Shown: positions 1 to 8,927 of the stretch, piece after piece
Layout of the letters: every line of letters begins with the position of its first letter
How positions within the stretch are numbered: position 1 is the first letter of the stretch
Assembly (NCBI GenBank): GCA_964596015.1
Contig: CAZQSB010000001.1
Span: 48,191-112,190 of the forward strand
Direction of reading: 5' to 3'
DNA: 64,000 nt
From: an uncultured bacterium
Lineage (GTDB): Bacteria > Joyebacterota > Joyebacteria > Joyebacterales > Joyebacteraceae
The notes under the pieces: model-generated
Databases searched by the model: none
What the model saw: only the letters and a program-made list of their open reading frames with translations
What the model was told of the DNA's origin: nothing
Position numbers and translations under genes: made by a program

Positions 1-1556
1 ACGTTGACGGCGTGGACGATCGTGTCGTTCAGATGCTCCTCGTCGCGGACCTGCAGAGCCACCTGGTGCATGCCGCGGGTGTCGAAAGTGGTCACGGTCG
101 TCTTGATCGCGTTCCAGTCCGTGTCCCAGACGCCGTCGTTCTCAAAGTCCCATCGGACCTCGAGCGACGCGACCTCGCTGTCCGGATCCGTCACGATGCC
201 GGCGTCGAACTCAACGAGGGTTCCGACCGCGGCGAAGGGAGGATCGACCTCGAACGCGGCCTCCGGCGGAGAGTGCGATCCGGCGAGCGTCATGACGCCG
301 TCGAGCTGACTGATGCGCTGGGCATCCTCCGGCTCCGCGGCGACCAGACAGGAGACAACGGGGATCTTCTTCTCACCTCCCGAGACGACCTCGGTCGAGA
401 AGCAGATGCCCTGAACGACCGGACAGACCGCCTCGAGATAGTCGGCGCAGGCGTCGTTCTCCTCTCCCCAGAACCACGCGGCGAAGAGGTCCGCGCGCTC
501 GGACACAAGCCCCATCACGCCTTCGACGAAGCCGTAGGTGTCGGCCGAGCCGATGCGGCCGGCAAGGGCGCCCGTCTCGACGGAATCGAGGTCGAGAGCG
601 GAGGCGTCGGCTTCGGGAGAGACGCCCCCCAAGAGGCCGACAAGGGAAGTGACCATCCGCGCGGCGTTCCACGTCGAGGCCAGTCCATCACCGGTCGTCG
701 CGTCGAACGTCCTGAAAGAGCCGCGGAAGAAGGCCACGTCGTAGGTTCCGTCACCCAGGTCGACGTAGGTTTTCGTCGCCGCTACGGCGTCGACGACCGG
801 GGGCCAGCTCGGCGTGACCCGCACGCGGTTCCTGGACGAGTCGACGAGGAACAGCAGCGTGTCGCCTCCGCCGACCGTGGTGAGGCGCCCGGCGTAGTAC
901 ACCGGGTCGGGATTCACGCACGCGATGTCATCGCCGTCGGCGTCCTCGATCCATGGAGACGCGAGCGGCTCGAGCGGTTCCGAGTGATCGTCGAGCACGT
1001 CGATGAGGAGCTCGCTGGCGAGCTGCATCAGCGCAGGCTCGAGGTTCCCTTCGAGCCTCGACGATGACGAGCTCGCGACGACCGCCTCGGCCGCCGCGAC
1101 GATGTCGGGCCACGTGGCCTTCGCCTGGGCCGCCGCGACGACCTCGTTTCTGTCGGACGACGAGAACATGAGGAGATAGGGATTCATCATGACGAGCGAC
1201 AGCGCGGTCGAGGTCGCGTCGATGGTTATGTCGGTCGTCTCGTCCTGCGGGACGTAGCCGAGCAGCGCGGGCGCGCCGTCTCCGTCAACGACGGCGACGA
1301 CCTGGGCCCGGTCGTTGTCCGGTATCAGGACGGAGTACGTCCCGTCCGCTCCGACCTCGGCGCGTTCGGCGATAGAGACCACATCGAACTCGGCGACGTC
1401 GGCGACTGCCCCCTCCGGAAGCGCGACGGTCCCGCTCACGCGTCTGAGGGCGATAGTCTCCACCGGGGCGTCGGACGGGCCGACGGAGCTGGCGCACGAC
1501 CCGAGGACGAGCCCCATCACCAACAGCGCCAGCACCCGCGTTGTCGCACCTCTCAT
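1..1556 (-). CDS. Lipoprotein with C-terminal PKD-like domain (partial; C-terminus lies beyond the window edge)
   Basis: Minus-strand frame is open from position 1 to the ATG at 1556. It is missing from the ORF track because no stop lies in the window. N-terminus MRGATTRVLALLVMGLVLGSC is a signal peptide with a lipobox Cys. The last part, RWDFENDGVWDTDW...GMHQVALQVRDEEHLND, looks like a PKD domain. Confidence 0.75.
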   Translation of the reverse strand, partial: MRGATTRVLALLVMGLVLGSCASSVGPSDAPVETIALRRVSGTVALPEGAVADVAEFDVVSIAERAEVGADGTYSVLIPDNDRAQVVAVVDGDGAPALLGYVPQDETTDITIDATSTALSLVMMNPYLLMFSSSDRNEVVAAAQAKATWPDIVAAAEAVVASSSSSRLEGNLEPALMQLASELLIDVLDDHSEPLEPLASPWIEDADGDDIACVNPDPVYYAGRLTTVGGGDTLLFLVDSSRNRVRVTPSWPPVVDAVAATKTYVDLGDGTYDVAFFRGSFRTFDATTGDGLASTWNAARMVTSLVGLLGGVSPEADASALDLDSVETGALAGRIGSADTYGFVEGVMGLVSERADLFAAWFWGEENDACADYLEAVCPVVQGICFSTEVVSGGEKKIPVVSCLVAAEPEDAQRISQLDGVMTLAGSHSPPEAAFEVDPPFAAVGTLVEFDAGIVTDPDSEVASLEVRWDFENDGVWDTDWNAIKTTVTTFDTRGMHQVALQVRDEEHLNDTIVHAVN

Positions 1557-1761
1557 GGCTCCCCTGCTCCCTTCGCGAACGACCCCTCGCCGGCCACGCG
1601 CGCGCCTGCGGCGCACGGCCGCATGCATCCACGCGGGTGTCAGTGCAAGGGATGTACCAACGCGCGGGAACCCGCGGCCTTTCCCGTCCAGCCGCTCGCC
1701 GGACGCCGACCGGGACCGGGGCCTTTCCCGTTCCCGTCGCTCTCCCGGACAATTGACGAGG

Positions 1762-1801
1762 GGAACAAGAAAGAGGCCGGCCGCCATCGGCGACCGGCCT
1801 C
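1762..1801 (-). terminator. Rho-independent terminator after the M14 peptidase gene
   Basis: On the minus strand, stem GAGGCCGG...CCGGCCTC (1773-1801) with an inner CGCC/GGCG pairing, followed by TTTCTTGTT. It lies 25 nt after the stop at 1827. Confidence 0.65.
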
Positions 1802-1826
1802 GCTTCGTGGATTCTGTCGGTTGACG

Positions 1827-4445
1827 CTAGCGGAGCACGACGACCTTCCCGTGACGTGTCTCCCGCGGCGTCGAGACGCGGACGAAGTAGAGCCCGCTTC
1901 CGAGACGATGTCCGGTCTCGTCGCGGCCGTCCCAGGCCAGCTCTGTCCTGCCCGGGGACACCGACCCCGCAAGGAGCGTGCGGACCAGCCGGCCGTCCAC
2001 GCTGTAGACCTCGACTCTCGCTTCCGTCGCGACGGGCGAGTCAAAGGCGATCATCGTCCGCGCGGCGAACGGGTTCGGCAGCGCCGGATGGAGAGCGAGC
2101 TTCGTCGGTCCACCCTCGATGCCGGTGTTCTCGACAGTGAACGAACCCGTGTCCATCAGCGGACCGCGCTCGGTTCCGTCATCTGCATATGCCGTCCAGT
2201 AGTAGGTCCCGTTCGAGAGCGACGAGCCCACCGTCCAGGAGGTCGTCCCGCTGCCCTCGGCGACGCCGGTCGTCGAACAGACGAGGCCTGTCCTCTCGGC
2301 GTCGCTGTATACGAGGAAGCCGTACGTCAGCACGTCGCCGGCGTCGGGATCGGTCGCGTTCACGACCTCGAGCGTGGGCGTCGACGTCGAGACCGTGCCG
2401 CCCGCTGGCGGGTCGGAGAGCGACGGCGTCTCGGGAGGCGCGTTCGACGGGTCCGGTCCGTAGATCATGACGTCGTCGACGAACCACCCGTTGTCGGTGA
2501 CGTACGCGTCCGAGTTGAACCGGAATCGGACCTTGAACTGATCGGTGCCAACGTAGGGCGAAAGGTCCAGCTCGACCTGTTCCCAACCCCCGTTGTCACC
2601 GTGGTACCTCGGACCGACCTGCAACCAGGTCGAGCCGTTGTCGGTGGACGCCTCGACGTAGCAATAGTCGTAGTCGAGCTCGGTCTGCACCCGGTGCCAG
2701 AAGGTCATCTCGGCGGCGGAGGCGTTCGAGAAGTCGAGCGGTCCGGCGAGCTCGATCCATGTGTTCCGGTAGTTGCCGTAGGAGCCGGACGGGCTGTCGG
2801 TGTACGAGTTCGTGGAGGAGTGGTACACCGACGACGAGAGCCCCCAGTACCCGTCGTTTTCGACCCAGTTGCCTGTCCCGCTCTCCATGTCGTCTGAGAA
2901 GACGAGGGTCGGCGTGCCGACCATCCAGGAGAGGTCCTCCTCGGCGTAGAAGCCGTCGCCGGATATCTGGAGCGTCAGCGTGAGGCCGTGAGCGTCCGGA
3001 CAGGAAGCGTCGAGCGTGAAGGAGAAGGGGTCGGCCGAGTTGTCGGCGCTCGAGAGGGCTGGAATCGACCCGAGGGTCGTTGTGGCGTCGTGAAGCGTCA
3101 CGTACGCGTCGTCGGTGACGAGCGTCATCTCGACGTCGGTCATGCCGAGTCCGACGCCCTGGTTCTCGATGGTCGCGACGAGGTCGAGCGTCTCCCCGGC
3201 GTCCGGCTCGCCGTCGCCGTCGCCGCCCGAGAGAACGTAGTCGTCGAGCGCGAGATAGCCGCCGGCCACTCTCGTCACGTAGATCTGCGGCCAGAGGTTC
3301 TCCGCGTTCAGGCCCGCGATCTCACTCTCCTGGGGCCAGAAGTCGGTGCCGGCCACCTCGATGCAGAGCGAGAGCACGTCGGCGACACCGTAGGCCCAGT
3401 CGCAGGTCGTTCCGCTGCAATCGTAGAGGATCTCTCCCGCCTGTCCGACCTGGTAGCCGTTGTACTTGGCCATCTCGTTCGCCATCGTGCGGAAGAGCGC
3501 GTCGTCGGCCGTGTGCTGGGTGTAGTCGTAGCCCCACGGCAGGAGCACCATGCCGGCCACCGAGTGGAAGGTGACGTTCGTCACGAACTCGTGGTCGAGA
3601 ACGAAGTCCCTGTAGGCCTGGATCTCGGGCTCGGAGAACGCCGAGGTCCCGCAGTAGGTATCGTTGCAGGGATTGAAGGAGATGCCGGACGTACCCCACA
3701 TGTAGTCGTAGTTCCTGTTCGGGTCGACGCCGTAGCAGGAGGACCCATCATTGTCGCGGCGGTTCTTCCGCCACATTCCGCCGCCCTGGGGATAGGTCGT
3801 CTCGTTGTAGACGTAGCCGTCGGGGTTCACGATGGGCAGGAACCAGATCTCGCGGTTGTCGACGAGGAACGTGGCCTCCGGGTCGGAGCCGTAGTTCTGG
3901 CAGAGCCAGTTCATGTAGTGAATCTGGACCTCGAGGGACATGGGCTCGCGCGCGTGGTGCATCCCGTCGAAGAGAACCTCGGGCTCCGTCTCGTCGACGT
4001 CCGGGTTGTCGGAGATCTTGATGGCCCAGAGCGCGCGTCCCTCCCACGAGGAGCCGATGGACTCCCGGGCCGTCGTGATCAGCGGGTAGTTCGCGTGAAG
4101 ATCATCGAGAAAGTCGATCATCTCCGAGTAGGTATGGAACTCGCCGAAGTTCGGTCCTCTCATCCGGGAGGAGTAGTAGCGCTCCATGTCCTCGATCTCG
4201 ACCGTGAGCGCGTAGCCGAGTGAGCGGAGCTCCTCGAGCTGTTGCGCGTCGGTCACGATCTGGACCATCACTCCGGGCTTCGACCGCATGACGTCGAGAC
4301 CAGGGATGCTCACGAACTCCCTCCACTCGGCGCGCGAATCGAACTCCACGAGGGCCTGGATCTTCGCAACGTCGGCCGCGGTCCCGGCGGTCGAGACCAG
4401 CATGACCAGCGCCAGCGCAAGAACGATGTAGCGGGTCGTCCTCAT
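1827..4445 (-). CDS. Secreted M14 zinc carboxypeptidase with FlgD-Ig/T9SS-like C-terminal domain
   Basis: Signal peptide MRTTRYIVLALALVMLVSTAGTA. M14 zinc motifs HHAREPMS and FHSVAGMVLLPWGY. MAM/M6-like middle region. C-terminus PNPFAARTMIAFD...VEVYSVDGRLVRTL...GLYFVRV. RBS GGAAGGAG lies 7 nt upstream. Confidence 0.9.
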   Translation of the reverse strand: MRTTRYIVLALALVMLVSTAGTAADVAKIQALVEFDSRAEWREFVSIPGLDVMRSKPGVMVQIVTDAQQLEELRSLGYALTVEIEDMERYYSSRMRGPNFGEFHTYSEMIDFLDDLHANYPLITTARESIGSSWEGRALWAIKISDNPDVDETEPEVLFDGMHHAREPMSLEVQIHYMNWLCQNYGSDPEATFLVDNREIWFLPIVNPDGYVYNETTYPQGGGMWRKNRRDNDGSSCYGVDPNRNYDYMWGTSGISFNPCNDTYCGTSAFSEPEIQAYRDFVLDHEFVTNVTFHSVAGMVLLPWGYDYTQHTADDALFRTMANEMAKYNGYQVGQAGEILYDCSGTTCDWAYGVADVLSLCIEVAGTDFWPQESEIAGLNAENLWPQIYVTRVAGGYLALDDYVLSGGDGDGEPDAGETLDLVATIENQGVGLGMTDVEMTLVTDDAYVTLHDATTTLGSIPALSSADNSADPFSFTLDASCPDAHGLTLTLQISGDGFYAEEDLSWMVGTPTLVFSDDMESGTGNWVENDGYWGLSSSVYHSSTNSYTDSPSGSYGNYRNTWIELAGPLDFSNASAAEMTFWHRVQTELDYDYCYVEASTDNGSTWLQVGPRYHGDNGGWEQVELDLSPYVGTDQFKVRFRFNSDAYVTDNGWFVDDVMIYGPDPSNAPPETPSLSDPPAGGTVSTSTPTLEVVNATDPDAGDVLTYGFLVYSDAERTGLVCSTTGVAEGSGTTSWTVGSSLSNGTYYWTAYADDGTERGPLMDTGSFTVENTGIEGGPTKLALHPALPNPFAARTMIAFDSPVATEARVEVYSVDGRLVRTLLAGSVSPGRTELAWDGRDETGHRLGSGLYFVRVSTPRETRHGKVVVLR

Positions 4446-4566
4446 CCTGCGGCTCCTTCCGCTCAGTGAACCGGTGTGCCGCTGTTGTCGTCGCTGTCGG
4501 TGTCCGTATCACATACCTAACCCGGCGCGCTCCCGCCTCCAAGGCCGGATGCGCGCCCAATACCTT

Positions 4567-4575
4567 ATGATATCA
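4567..4575 (-). promoter_or_regulatory. Possible extended -10 promoter element (TGATATCAT) for the M14 gene
   Basis: Local AT-rich island in a GC-rich intergenic region. The minus strand reads TGnTATCAT about 120 nt upstream of the ATG at 4445. No good -35 element. Confidence 0.3.
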
Positions 4576-4641
4576 CAGATTATGCAGCGAAGCAATGATG
4601 AGCCGTTCAGGTGGGCGACGGGCCGCGTCGCGCCCGAGCGC

Positions 4642-5361
4642 TCAGGGAGGCGTGAGCTCAGCAACGCCGCTCCGGAACGGCTCCCACGCGGCGGCAAGCC
4701 CCGGGAGCGGCTCGGAGGAGACCACCGAGAAGCCGTCGCAGCGACCCCTCCACAGCGTGTAGTACCGGGGGCGCCCGGTCCCGCGCTCCGGATGGGCGGC
4801 ATACAGAACCCGTCCTCCGGTGACCAGCAGACTGTTCAGGCAGGTGAAGTCCGCTACATCATCGAGTGAGGTCGACAGTGAGCCGGCGATGTCCGATGGA
4901 TCCACGCCGGCGAGGATGTGGAGGAACAGGAGTTCCGAGTCCGTTCCGCCCCGGGGAAGGAGTCCCTCGGGACGCCGGAGGCGCGACGTATTACGAACGG
5001 CTCCGTTGTGGCAGTACGCCCACTCGGCGCCCATGTGCGTCGCCGCGAAGGGATGGGTGTTCTCGAGCGACACTCCGGCGTCTCCGGTACTCCGCCGGGC
5101 GTGGAGAACAAGTCTGTCGGTCTCGATCAGGGTCAGCGTATCGAGCGCCGGGTCGTCGAAGCACGGGATCGTACCCCGTGCCGTCCTGAGACGTCCGTCC
5201 TCCTCCCAGACCGCCCCCCACCCGTCGGCGTGGACGTACTCGCTGCCGCGCTCGGTATACTCGTGCCGGTGCGGTGGATTGTCGTTCGAGGCCATCGCGC
5301 GAAGCCCCTCTATGAGCGGCGCGACATCGAAGCGGCCGGCGGCCGCGAGCATCCTGCACAT
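4642..5361 (-). CDS. Class II (Ntn) glutamine amidotransferase, YafJ-like
   Basis: Internal start gives MCRMLAAAG with the nucleophile Cys at position 2. Also ADGWGAVW, HARRSTGD..ENTHPF and YCHNGAV. The track ORF start at 5397 is probably too long. Confidence 0.8.
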   Translation of the reverse strand: MCRMLAAAGRFDVAPLIEGLRAMASNDNPPHRHEYTERGSEYVHADGWGAVWEEDGRLRTARGTIPCFDDPALDTLTLIETDRLVLHARRSTGDAGVSLENTHPFAATHMGAEWAYCHNGAVRNTSRLRRPEGLLPRGGTDSELLFLHILAGVDPSDIAGSLSTSLDDVADFTCLNSLLVTGGRVLYAAHPERGTGRPRYYTLWRGRCDGFSVVSSEPLPGLAAAWEPFRSGVAELTPP

Positions 5362-5433
5362 GACGTGGTTCCTCCCGACGACGATGGTATCCGTCACGAG
5401 GCCGCCGCGTCAACGCGCGGGCTTCCGGCTCGA

Positions 5434-5463
5434 TTGACAGACTGCCGACGGCGAGACTATACT
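5434..5463 (+). promoter_or_regulatory. Sigma70-type promoter upstream of pdaD
   Basis: TTGACA (5434-5439), 18-nt spacer, TATACT (5458-5463). Confidence 0.5.
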
Positions 5464-5594
5464 CGACCCGATCCCGCGAGCGGTCCGGGCGGCGCGGGAC
5501 GGTCCTTTCTGTCCCGGACATCGGAGGTGGCGGCCGACCGCGAGCCGCATCGCTCCGGGGAAGCAGCGTATCTCGCGGCGTGAGGGCACCGAAG

Positions 5595-6170
5595 ATGAAG
5601 CAGGCCCCCGAGATCTTCCTCACCAAAGGAGTCGGCCGCCACAAGGAGAAGCTCGCCAGCTTCGAGATGGCCCTGAGGAAGGCCGGACTCGCCACGTTCA
5701 ATCTCGTCCGCGTCTCCAGCATCCTTCCTCCCGGAGCCAAGATCATCGCGAAGCGGAACGGGTTCTCGAGACTGACCGACGGACAGATCCTCTTCGTCGT
5801 CATGTCGGACAACGCGACGAACGAACCGCACCGCCTGATCGCCGCCTCGATCGGCATCGCGAGACCGAAGGACCGCGAGAAGTACGGGTATCTCTCCGAG
5901 CATCACAGCTTCGGCGAGCGCGAGGGGATCGCCGGCGACTACGCCGAAGACCTCGCGGCTCAGATGCTGGCGACAACACTCGGCGTGCCGTTCGACCCGG
6001 ACTCCAGTTACGACGACCGCAAGGAGATCTGGCGGATCAGCGACGCCATCGTTCGCACGAGCAACATCACGCAGACCGCCGTGGGCGACAAGGGTGGCAT
6101 GTGGACGACGGTGGTCGCGGCCGCGGTCTTCGCGGTCCCCCCGCTGAATCTCGACGGGACGGGCGACTGA
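5595..6170 (+). CDS. pdaD: Pyruvoyl-dependent arginine decarboxylase
   Basis: MKQAPEIFLTKGVGRHKEKLASFEMALRKAGLATFNLVRVSSILPP, which includes the Ser-Ser self-cleavage site typical of PdaD. The ATG at 5595 lies inside the track ORF 5580-6170. Confidence 0.9.
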   Translation: MKQAPEIFLTKGVGRHKEKLASFEMALRKAGLATFNLVRVSSILPPGAKIIAKRNGFSRLTDGQILFVVMSDNATNEPHRLIAASIGIARPKDREKYGYLSEHHSFGEREGIAGDYAEDLAAQMLATTLGVPFDPDSSYDDRKEIWRISDAIVRTSNITQTAVGDKGGMWTTVVAAAVFAVPPLNLDGTGD

Positions 6171-6181
6171 CGGGACACACC

Positions 6182-7072
6182 GTGACATCTGATCGCGTGA
6201 CATGGCCGGAGTTCCTCGGCGTCGAGCCGTCGGAGCGTCCTCGGGCGGTGGTGCTTCCCGTGCCCTTCGAGGCGACGACAAGCTACCTGGAGGGAACGGT
6301 CGACGGCCCCCGCGCCATCCTCGAGGCCTCGGCGCAGGTCGAGCTCTACGACGAAGAGGCGGGCGACGAGCCGTGGCGCGCCGGAGTGGCGACGCTCCCG
6401 CCCATCGATGTCGAGGGCGGACCGGACGAGGTGCTCACCCGGATCGCCGACGCCGTCGCGAACGAACTCGAGCGCGGTCGCTTCGCTTGCTCTCTCGGCG
6501 GGGAACACACGGTGACGGTCGGCTGCGTCCGCGGCGCGGCGCGCCATCACCCGGACCTGGCCATCGTATCGATCGACGCGCACGCCGACCTCCGCGACAG
6601 CTACCACGGAAGCCCCTACAGCCACGCCTGCGCCATGCGCCGGGTCGCCGACGACGGTCATCCCGTCGTCGAGGTGGGCATCCGGAGCCTCTCGGCCACC
6701 GAGGCGGCCGCGCTCCCGGGTCTGAACGTGGTTCTTGTCACGGGGCGCGACATCGACGCGTCGCGCGGGAACCGAGGGAGAGAATGGATCGACCGCGTTC
6801 TGGACGCGGTCGCATCAAGACCGGTCTACCTGAGCGTTGACCTGGACGGACTCGACCCCTCGGTCGTCCCCGGCGTTGGCACGCCGGAACCGGGAGGTCT
6901 CCTCTGGTTCGAGGCTCTCGACCTCACCGCCCGGCTCTTTGAGCGCTCGAACGTCGTCGCCGCAGACGTCGTCGAGCTCCTCCCCCGCGCGGACGACGCG
7001 GTCTCCTCCTTCGCCGCGGCCAGGCTTGTCTACAAGATCCTCGGCCACGCGCTTCGGAAGGACCCATCCTGA
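6182..7072 (+). CDS. speB: Agmatinase (ureohydrolase family)
   Basis: GGEHTVT, SIDAHADLRD and SVDLDGLDPSVVPGVGTPEPGGL (Mn-binding motifs of the arginase/agmatinase family). GTG at 6182 (or 6197) just after the pdaD stop; the track start at 6101 overlaps pdaD. Confidence 0.9.
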   Translation: MTSDRVTWPEFLGVEPSERPRAVVLPVPFEATTSYLEGTVDGPRAILEASAQVELYDEEAGDEPWRAGVATLPPIDVEGGPDEVLTRIADAVANELERGRFACSLGGEHTVTVGCVRGAARHHPDLAIVSIDAHADLRDSYHGSPYSHACAMRRVADDGHPVVEVGIRSLSATEAAALPGLNVVLVTGRDIDASRGNRGREWIDRVLDAVASRPVYLSVDLDGLDPSVVPGVGTPEPGGLLWFEALDLTARLFERSNVVAADVVELLPRADDAVSSFAAARLVYKILGHALRKDPS

Positions 7073-7150
7073 TCCGGGACGGCGGTTCAGGCTCCTGATC
7101 CGGAACTCCGGCCCCGGCGCCCGGACCCAGCGGCTTCCCGCCGCGCCCGG

Positions 7151-7831
7151 TCACCTCTCTCGATCACACAGAAGACGGAAGTGCGCCGCGGCCCGCGAGA
7201 GAAGCGGTCCTCCGTCGTGCCGGAACCGCGACCTCTCGAAGCCGGCCCAGGCCTCGTCGACATCGAGCACATCGGCCGCGTAGCAGGGATGGAACTGAAC
7301 GCCGTAGACCGGGGCGTGTACTCCTCGCAGGGCCTCGATGGCCCCTCCCGCCGAACGCGCGACCACCTCGAAGCCCGCCGGCGCCGCCGATACGTACTCC
7401 GCGTTCTGCTCTGGCATGGAGAGGCGGTCTCCGGCCCGTCCCAGAAGAGGGTCGTCCACTTCGACCTCGATGTCGAAGATGCCGACCCTCTTCCTCTTCG
7501 TCAGTATCTCCGCGCCGAACGCCGCGGCGACGAGCTGGTGCCCGAAGCAGACACCGAGGACGGGCACCCGCCGCGCTCCCGCGAGACGGACGACGTCCTG
7601 CTCTTCGAGCATCCACGGCAGCCTCTCCTTCACGCTGCGGTCGCTTCCGGAGAGCACGAGGGCGTCGGGCGCGCAGGCGGCGAACCACCGGTCCGCTTCT
7701 CCGAAGCCGGCGGTCGGGTCCATCACGCGCGTCTCGAACGCCGCGCCGAAGGCGGCGGCGAGGCGCGTCGCTCCGTAGTCGGAATCCGGCAGGTCGTTAC
7801 TGACCACGACGAGTGTGTGGCGTCTCGACAT
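7151..7831 (-). CDS. Type 1 glutamine amidotransferase-like protein
   Basis: GVCFGHQLVAAAFGA nucleophile elbow and VQFHP. Its start overlaps the end of the upstream gene by 35 nt. Confidence 0.8.
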   Translation of the reverse strand: MSRRHTLVVVSNDLPDSDYGATRLAAAFGAAFETRVMDPTAGFGEADRWFAACAPDALVLSGSDRSVKERLPWMLEEQDVVRLAGARRVPVLGVCFGHQLVAAAFGAEILTKRKRVGIFDIEVEVDDPLLGRAGDRLSMPEQNAEYVSAAPAGFEVVARSAGGAIEALRGVHAPVYGVQFHPCYAADVLDVDEAWAGFERSRFRHDGGPLLSRAAAHFRLLCDRER

Positions 7832-8915
7832 GGAAGGCCTTCTCCCCCTTCGCGACAGCGGGGGCCGCGATCCGGAGCAGCCTCCGGAGAGGCATCATCT
7901 TCAGAAGGACCGCGATCGCTCCCGGACCGAGACCGCGCATGAGTCGTCCGGGAAGGACTAACTCGTTGACGAGGGGAAGGACCTCGTGGCGGACCCTCTT
8001 CGCGTAGTCCGTCAGGGCGTCGCGCTGGGCTGAGAGCGCGTCCTCGACGCACTCCGCGGCGATGCGTCCGCTTCTTACCGCGTGAGGGATCCCCTCACCC
8101 GTTACCGGGTCGGCGAATCCCGCGGCGTCCCCGACCAGGAGCGCCCTGCCGCGACCCGCGGGGCCGGCGGTTGTCGGCACGGGAAACGCGAAGGGTCCTT
8201 CGTGAGGGAGTTCGCCCAGGCCCTCACGGTCGAGGAACGAGCCCAGGAGTCGCCTGAGTTCGGTCGAGGTGCTGCGCGCGCCGTAGACCCCGACTGAGAG
8301 ATGGTCTCCCTTCGGGAAGACCCAGCCGTAACCACCGCGGACGGCGCTCAGGTCGAAGATCGCACGGTCAAGCAGAGAGTCGAAGCCGCCCGGCGTGAGC
8401 GGAACGCGGACGTAGATGGCGCCACCGGCCCTCTGCGCCGGAAAGCCGAGGGTCGCTCTGGTCCTCCCGACCACGCCGTCCGCCGCGACCAGCCACGGCG
8501 CGCTCCAGCGTCTCCCGCCGGCCTCGACGACCGCGCGGTCCCGGGCTTCGACGAGCCTCGCGGGCGCTCTCTCGACGACGAGGGCGCCCGCGCCGCGCGC
8601 GCGCGACAGAAGCCAGGCATCGAGCTCGGAGCGGCGCGTCGTGACGACCGCCGGGCCGTCGCCCCTCCAGGTGACGGCGACATCGTCCGAGAGCACGATC
8701 TCGCACACGGCGGGCGATGAGAGAACGATGCTCGCAGGAAGGTCCCGGAACAGCGGCAGTGCGCGGACCGAGAGACCGCCGGCGCACGGCTTCGGGCGTG
8801 GGAAGCGGGCCTTCTCGAGAAGCGCCACGGACAACCCGAGGTCGGCCGCCCGCGCCGCGCACGATGCTCCCGCCGGACCTCCCCCGATCACGATGAGGTC
8901 ATGGCCTGTCTGCAA
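7797..8915 (-). CDS. FAD-dependent oxidoreductase, geranylgeranyl reductase family
   Basis: DLIVIGGGPAGASCAARAADLGLSVALLEK...PCAGGLS and LVGDAAGFADPVTGEGI. Confidence 0.85.
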   Translation of the reverse strand: MQTGHDLIVIGGGPAGASCAARAADLGLSVALLEKARFPRPKPCAGGLSVRALPLFRDLPASIVLSSPAVCEIVLSDDVAVTWRGDGPAVVTTRRSELDAWLLSRARGAGALVVERAPARLVEARDRAVVEAGGRRWSAPWLVAADGVVGRTRATLGFPAQRAGGAIYVRVPLTPGGFDSLLDRAIFDLSAVRGGYGWVFPKGDHLSVGVYGARSTSTELRRLLGSFLDREGLGELPHEGPFAFPVPTTAGPAGRGRALLVGDAAGFADPVTGEGIPHAVRSGRIAAECVEDALSAQRDALTDYAKRVRHEVLPLVNELVLPGRLMRGLGPGAIAVLLKMMPLRRLLRIAAPAVAKGEKAFHVETPHTRRGQ

Positions 8916-8927
8916 GACCGGGCTCCT

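Noticed and set aside
12-1067. Long plus-strand ORF (351 aa), and similar long ORFs at 1623-2897, 2988-4223, 17421-19796, 24077-26212, 28991-31651, 55527-57047 and 61816-63879
   Set aside because: They lie antisense or out of frame to genes with clear homology motifs. They are Arg/Gly/Asp/Val-rich with no recognisable motifs, signal peptides or RBSs. These are the typical open antisense frames of GC-rich DNA.
7068-7104. Direct repeat TCCTGATCCGG twice, 26 nt apart, at the speB stop
   Set aside because: It is short, has only two copies and no associated structure. It is compatible with chance.
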